Assembly (NCBI GenBank): GCA_020632695.1
Contig: JACKFB010000013.1
Location: forward strand, 119 to 64,118
DNA length: 64,000 nucleotides
Source: Deltaproteobacteria bacterium
Lineage (GTDB): Bacteria > Myxococcota_A > UBA9042 > PHBI01 > JACKFB01
Reading direction: 5' to 3'
Shown here: positions 61,273-64,000 of the stretch, in pieces
How the letters are laid out: every line of letters starts with the position of its first letter
How positions within the stretch are numbered: position 1 is the first letter of the stretch
Notes under the pieces: model-generated
Database searches by the model: none
Seen by the model: only the letters and a program-made list of their open reading frames with translations
What the model was told of the DNA's origin: nothing
Position numbers and translations under genes: made by a program

Positions 61273-62730
61273 TCAGGTGCACCAGGCGCGGATGAGCTCG
61301 CAGTAGAAGCGGTAGGCCGCGTCGAGCTGCAGCAGCGGCGTGCACTCGTCGTCTCGATAGAGGTGGGTGTCGCCACGCCCGGGGCCGAAGACCAGCGTGG
61401 GGATGTCGCGCCCGCCGGTGATGCCCGCGTCGGTGGTCAGGCAGCCGGCTCCGGCCACGGCCGGGAGCCCGGCGGCGCGGAGGGCGCGCCGGGCCGCGGG
61501 CATCAGCGCACCGGCGCCCTCGGCGCCCCGAAAGGCCGGCCGATCCTGGAGCATCTGGATGTCCAGGGAGAGCCCCTCGCGCCCGGTCAAGGCGGCGCTG
61601 GCGGCGTGGGCGAAGCGCTCGACGACGGCGCGGTGGTCGCAGCCGGGACCGGTCCAGAAGGTCAGCGTGCCGCGCATCGCGTCGCGGTCCGAGCTCAGCC
61701 CGCCGGTGTGTACCGCGCGGCGCGGCCTCGCGCCCACGATGTTGCCCTCGGCCTCCAGCGCATCTCGCACCGCGGCCACGCCGGCGTCGCGCGCCGTGAG
61801 CCAGGCGTCGGCGAGGTCGTCGACCGGGAAGGGGATCACCGCGCCGTCGGGCAGCGGCTCCACCGACACGCCGGCGGGCAGCGGAGGGAGCTCGTCGTCG
61901 CTGGTGGCGATCAGCAGCTCGGCCCGTCCGGGGACGCGGTTCGGCGCCTCCCCGCACTCGATGGCCAGCACCCGCACGTCCCCATGCGCGCGCCAGGCGG
62001 TGAGCGTCGTCAGGGTCAGCTCCAGCGCGTCCACCCCCAGGCTCTGGCATTGCGCGTGCGCGGACGCGCCCTCCACCACCACCTTGAAGAAGCCGCGCGA
62101 CGGCGGCATCCGCCGGTAGCGCACCTCGCGGGCGATGCCCAGCCGCAACGCCACGCAGCCCGGGTGGTCGGTCCAGAGCTCCAGGTTGGTCGGCGCCCCG
62201 AGCAGCACCGCGTCAGGGGTGTCGGCGCCGGCGAGCACGGTGGGGGTCCCGGTGGCGCTGGCCTCGTTGCCGAACATCGCCACGACGACCACCGGCTTCT
62301 TCAGGGTCTCGGCCCGCACCGCGGAGGCGGCCAGGAGCTTCAGGGCGAAGTCGACCTTCTCGGAGGCGGCGCCGAGCCCGTAGAGGCAGCCGGCGCTCTC
62401 GTCGACGCGCGCCGCGAAGCAGTCGCCGCCCGTGCTGGCCCACCTGGAGGGGAAGGGCAGGGCGCTGGTCGCCGTGCACGACATCAACCACAGCCCGCCG
62501 CCCACGCCGGGCGGCCCCTTGGAGCCGACCAGGTTGACGACGTCGCCGTGAGGACCTGACGCGACCTGCTCGAGGATCCCGAACTCTCCGTAGTAGAGGA
62601 GGTCCATCAGATCGTCGATGCTGGCGGACGGGTCGTGGCCCAGGCGCGAGTCGCGAGCCAGGATCTGCCGAACGGTGTCGAGGACCGGGGCGGGCATGCG
62701 CCTCCTCGGAGCGGGATCGCCAGCGGCCAT
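61273..62730 (-). CDS. M20-family metallopeptidase (ArgE/DapE/ACY1-like)
   Basis: 475-485 aa with M20 architecture (catalytic domain, dimerisation lid). Start at ATG 62730 or 62697. Confidence 0.65.
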   Translation of the reverse strand: MAAGDPAPRRRMPAPVLDTVRQILARDSRLGHDPSASIDDLMDLLYYGEFGILEQVASGPHGDVVNLVGSKGPPGVGGGLWLMSCTATSALPFPSRWASTGGDCFAARVDESAGCLYGLGAASEKVDFALKLLAASAVRAETLKKPVVVVAMFGNEASATGTPTVLAGADTPDAVLLGAPTNLELWTDHPGCVALRLGIAREVRYRRMPPSRGFFKVVVEGASAHAQCQSLGVDALELTLTTLTAWRAHGDVRVLAIECGEAPNRVPGRAELLIATSDDELPPLPAGVSVEPLPDGAVIPFPVDDLADAWLTARDAGVAAVRDALEAEGNIVGARPRRAVHTGGLSSDRDAMRGTLTFWTGPGCDHRAVVERFAHAASAALTGREGLSLDIQMLQDRPAFRGAEGAGALMPAARRALRAAGLPAVAGAGCLTTDAGITGGRDIPTLVFGPGRGDTHLYRDDECTPLLQLDAAYRFYCELIRAWCT

Positions 62731-62814
62731 CCGAGCGCGTAGATCCAGCAGATGTCAACCGAGGCGGCGGCCCGACCGAGAGGGTCGCAACGCTCCAGGA
62801 CGCGAGAGGTGGTG

Positions 62815-63285
62815 ATGAGGGCGGTGGTGCAGCGCGTGTCCGAGGCGCGCGTGGACGTCGAGGGAGACGGGGGGCTGGAGACGGTGGGCGCGACCCTGGA
62901 CGGTGCGCCGGCGCTGCTGGTGCTCCTGGGGGCGGGCGCCGGCGACGATGAGCGCGACGTGGCGTGGATGGCGTCGAAGATCGTCGGGCTCCGGATCTTC
63001 GAGGACGCGGAGGGCAAGATGAACCTCGGCCTCGGGGAGGTCGGCGGCAGCATGCTGGTCGTCAGCCAGTTCACGCTCTACGGCGACTGCCGCAAGGGGC
63101 GCCGGCCCTCCTTCGTGGGGGCGCTGGAACCCGGCGCCGCTGAGCGCCTCGTGGACGCCTTCGTCGCGCGCTGCCGCGAGTCGGTGCCGCACGTCGCCAC
63201 CGGCCGCTTCCGCACGCACATGCACGTGCGCTCGGTCAACGACGGCCCGGTCACCCTGCTGCTGGACTCGAGGCAGGGCGCCTGA
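62815..63285 (+). CDS. dtd: D-aminoacyl-tRNA deacylase
   Basis: [17 protein letters not shown]…LLVLLG…[16 protein letters not shown]…[18 protein letters not shown]…[11 protein letters not shown], full DTD signature including the SQFTL and NDGPVT motifs. Confidence 0.9.
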   Translation: MRAVVQRVSEARVDVEGDGGLETVGATLDGAPALLVLLGAGAGDDERDVAWMASKIVGLRIFEDAEGKMNLGLGEVGGSMLVVSQFTLYGDCRKGRRPSFVGALEPGAAERLVDAFVARCRESVPHVATGRFRTHMHVRSVNDGPVTLLLDSRQGA

Positions 63286-63436
63286 CCCGCGCCGGTCGCG
63301 GAGGTGCCGCGGGGAGGCGAGGCGAGGCGCGCTTTCCCAAGCGGATCCGTGGTTTCCGCGCTTGACGCTCGCCGAAGCGCACGTCTATAGTCCGCGCGCT
63401 GTTGGCGCGACTTCCCCTTGAGGACAGAGGGTTTCA

Positions 63437-64000
63437 TGGCTCAGGGCGACGACGGGAAGGACCCCCGCGAGGGTGAGGGCGACCTGCCCGACTTCATCGA
63501 CACGGGCGACGACGACGCGACCTCCGCGGCTGCGGACGGTGGCAGCGGCGAGGCGTCGGAGCTGGTGCCCGAGTCCGAGCCGATCGTGACCGATGTGGCC
63601 GATGAGATCCCCGACGCTTCCGCAGGGGCCGCGCCGGCTCCGGAGGCCCCCAAGTCCGGCAAGGGCAAGGGCAAGGGCAAGCCCGCCGCGAGCAAGGCGG
63701 CGGCCCCGGTCGCGGCCGCTGCGGCCACCCGCGCGCCGGCCCCGGAAGGCGAGAGCTTCGATCCCACGATCCACGTGCGCCCGCACGCCGAGGGCATCTT
63801 CGAGACCGAGCCGCAGCCGCTGGACCCGGTCCGCGTGGCGGAGCTGGACGAGTCCGTCAGCGCGCGCCGGCGCAGCATGCTGGCCATCGGCATCATCGCC
63901 GGGACCGTGGTCGTGACGGCCATCTTCGCGATCTGGCTCATGAGCCAGGAGGAGCGGCGCGAGGAGGTCCAGGCCTTCCTCTCGGGCACCGTCGTCGAGC
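63437..64000 (+). CDS. Hypothetical membrane-anchored acidic protein (5' part; continues beyond window end)
   Basis: ATG 63437 (MAQGDDGKDPREGEGDLPDFIDTGDDDA…KSGKGKGKGKPAA…MLAIGIIAGTVVVTAIFAIWLM…). The frame is open to the window edge, so it is absent from the ORF track. Third-codon G/C is very high. Confidence 0.45.

Overview
This is a roughly 72% GC, gene-dense window from a probable myxobacterial chromosome (a MYXO-CTERM-like tail, a CarD/CdnL regulator and abundant lipoproteins point that way). The extreme GC creates long spurious ORFs in every frame, so coding calls rest on family-level motif recognition, third-codon-position G/C bias, signal peptides, ribosome-binding sites and start/stop overlaps (ATGA/GTGA) between neighbours.

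Recognised housekeeping genes: ilvD, a complete histidine operon on the minus strand, uvrB, lhr, grpE, bamD, cdnL, dtd, bfd-bfr behind a Fur box, a cyclophilin-type prolyl isomerase, a GAF-type free methionine-(R)-sulfoxide reductase, a DTW-domain tRNA modification enzyme, a molybdopterin oxidoreductase and an SLC13 permease.

The histidine operon is unusual: hisG, a hisC fused to a HAD phosphatase, hisB, hisH, hisF, a fused hisA-hisI-hisE, and hisD last, followed in the same overlap-coupled chain by a zinc metallopeptidase and an ArsC-family gene.

Accessory or novel content:
- A defence-like pair at the left edge (1-3885): a minus-strand TIR-like gene the ORF track missed because it runs off the window, directly downstream of an ~1150 aa MmeI-family type IIG restriction-modification or BREX-PglX-like enzyme.
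- The adjacent 4100-6513 region: a hypothetical protein, a 43-bp hairpin-like tandem repeat, and a minimal-nucleotidyltransferase-fold protein with a small partner.
- A three-gene overlapping operon of two lipoproteins and a cytoplasmic helical protein (8845-10828).
- A protein combining an FHA domain, EKTAFLQ peptide repeats and a DUF898 membrane domain.
- An orphan MerB-like gene beside an orphan Dam-family methylase, next to a zinc-ribbon membrane protein and a zinc-ribbon STAND/AAA-TPR ATPase that overlaps a small secreted protein.
- A 1400 aa Cys-repeat secreted protein with a MYXO-CTERM-like sorting tail in the middle of the ORF.
- A 57-bp (alternating 114-bp) tandem-repeat array downstream of cdnL.

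No rRNA, tRNA or CRISPR array was recognised.
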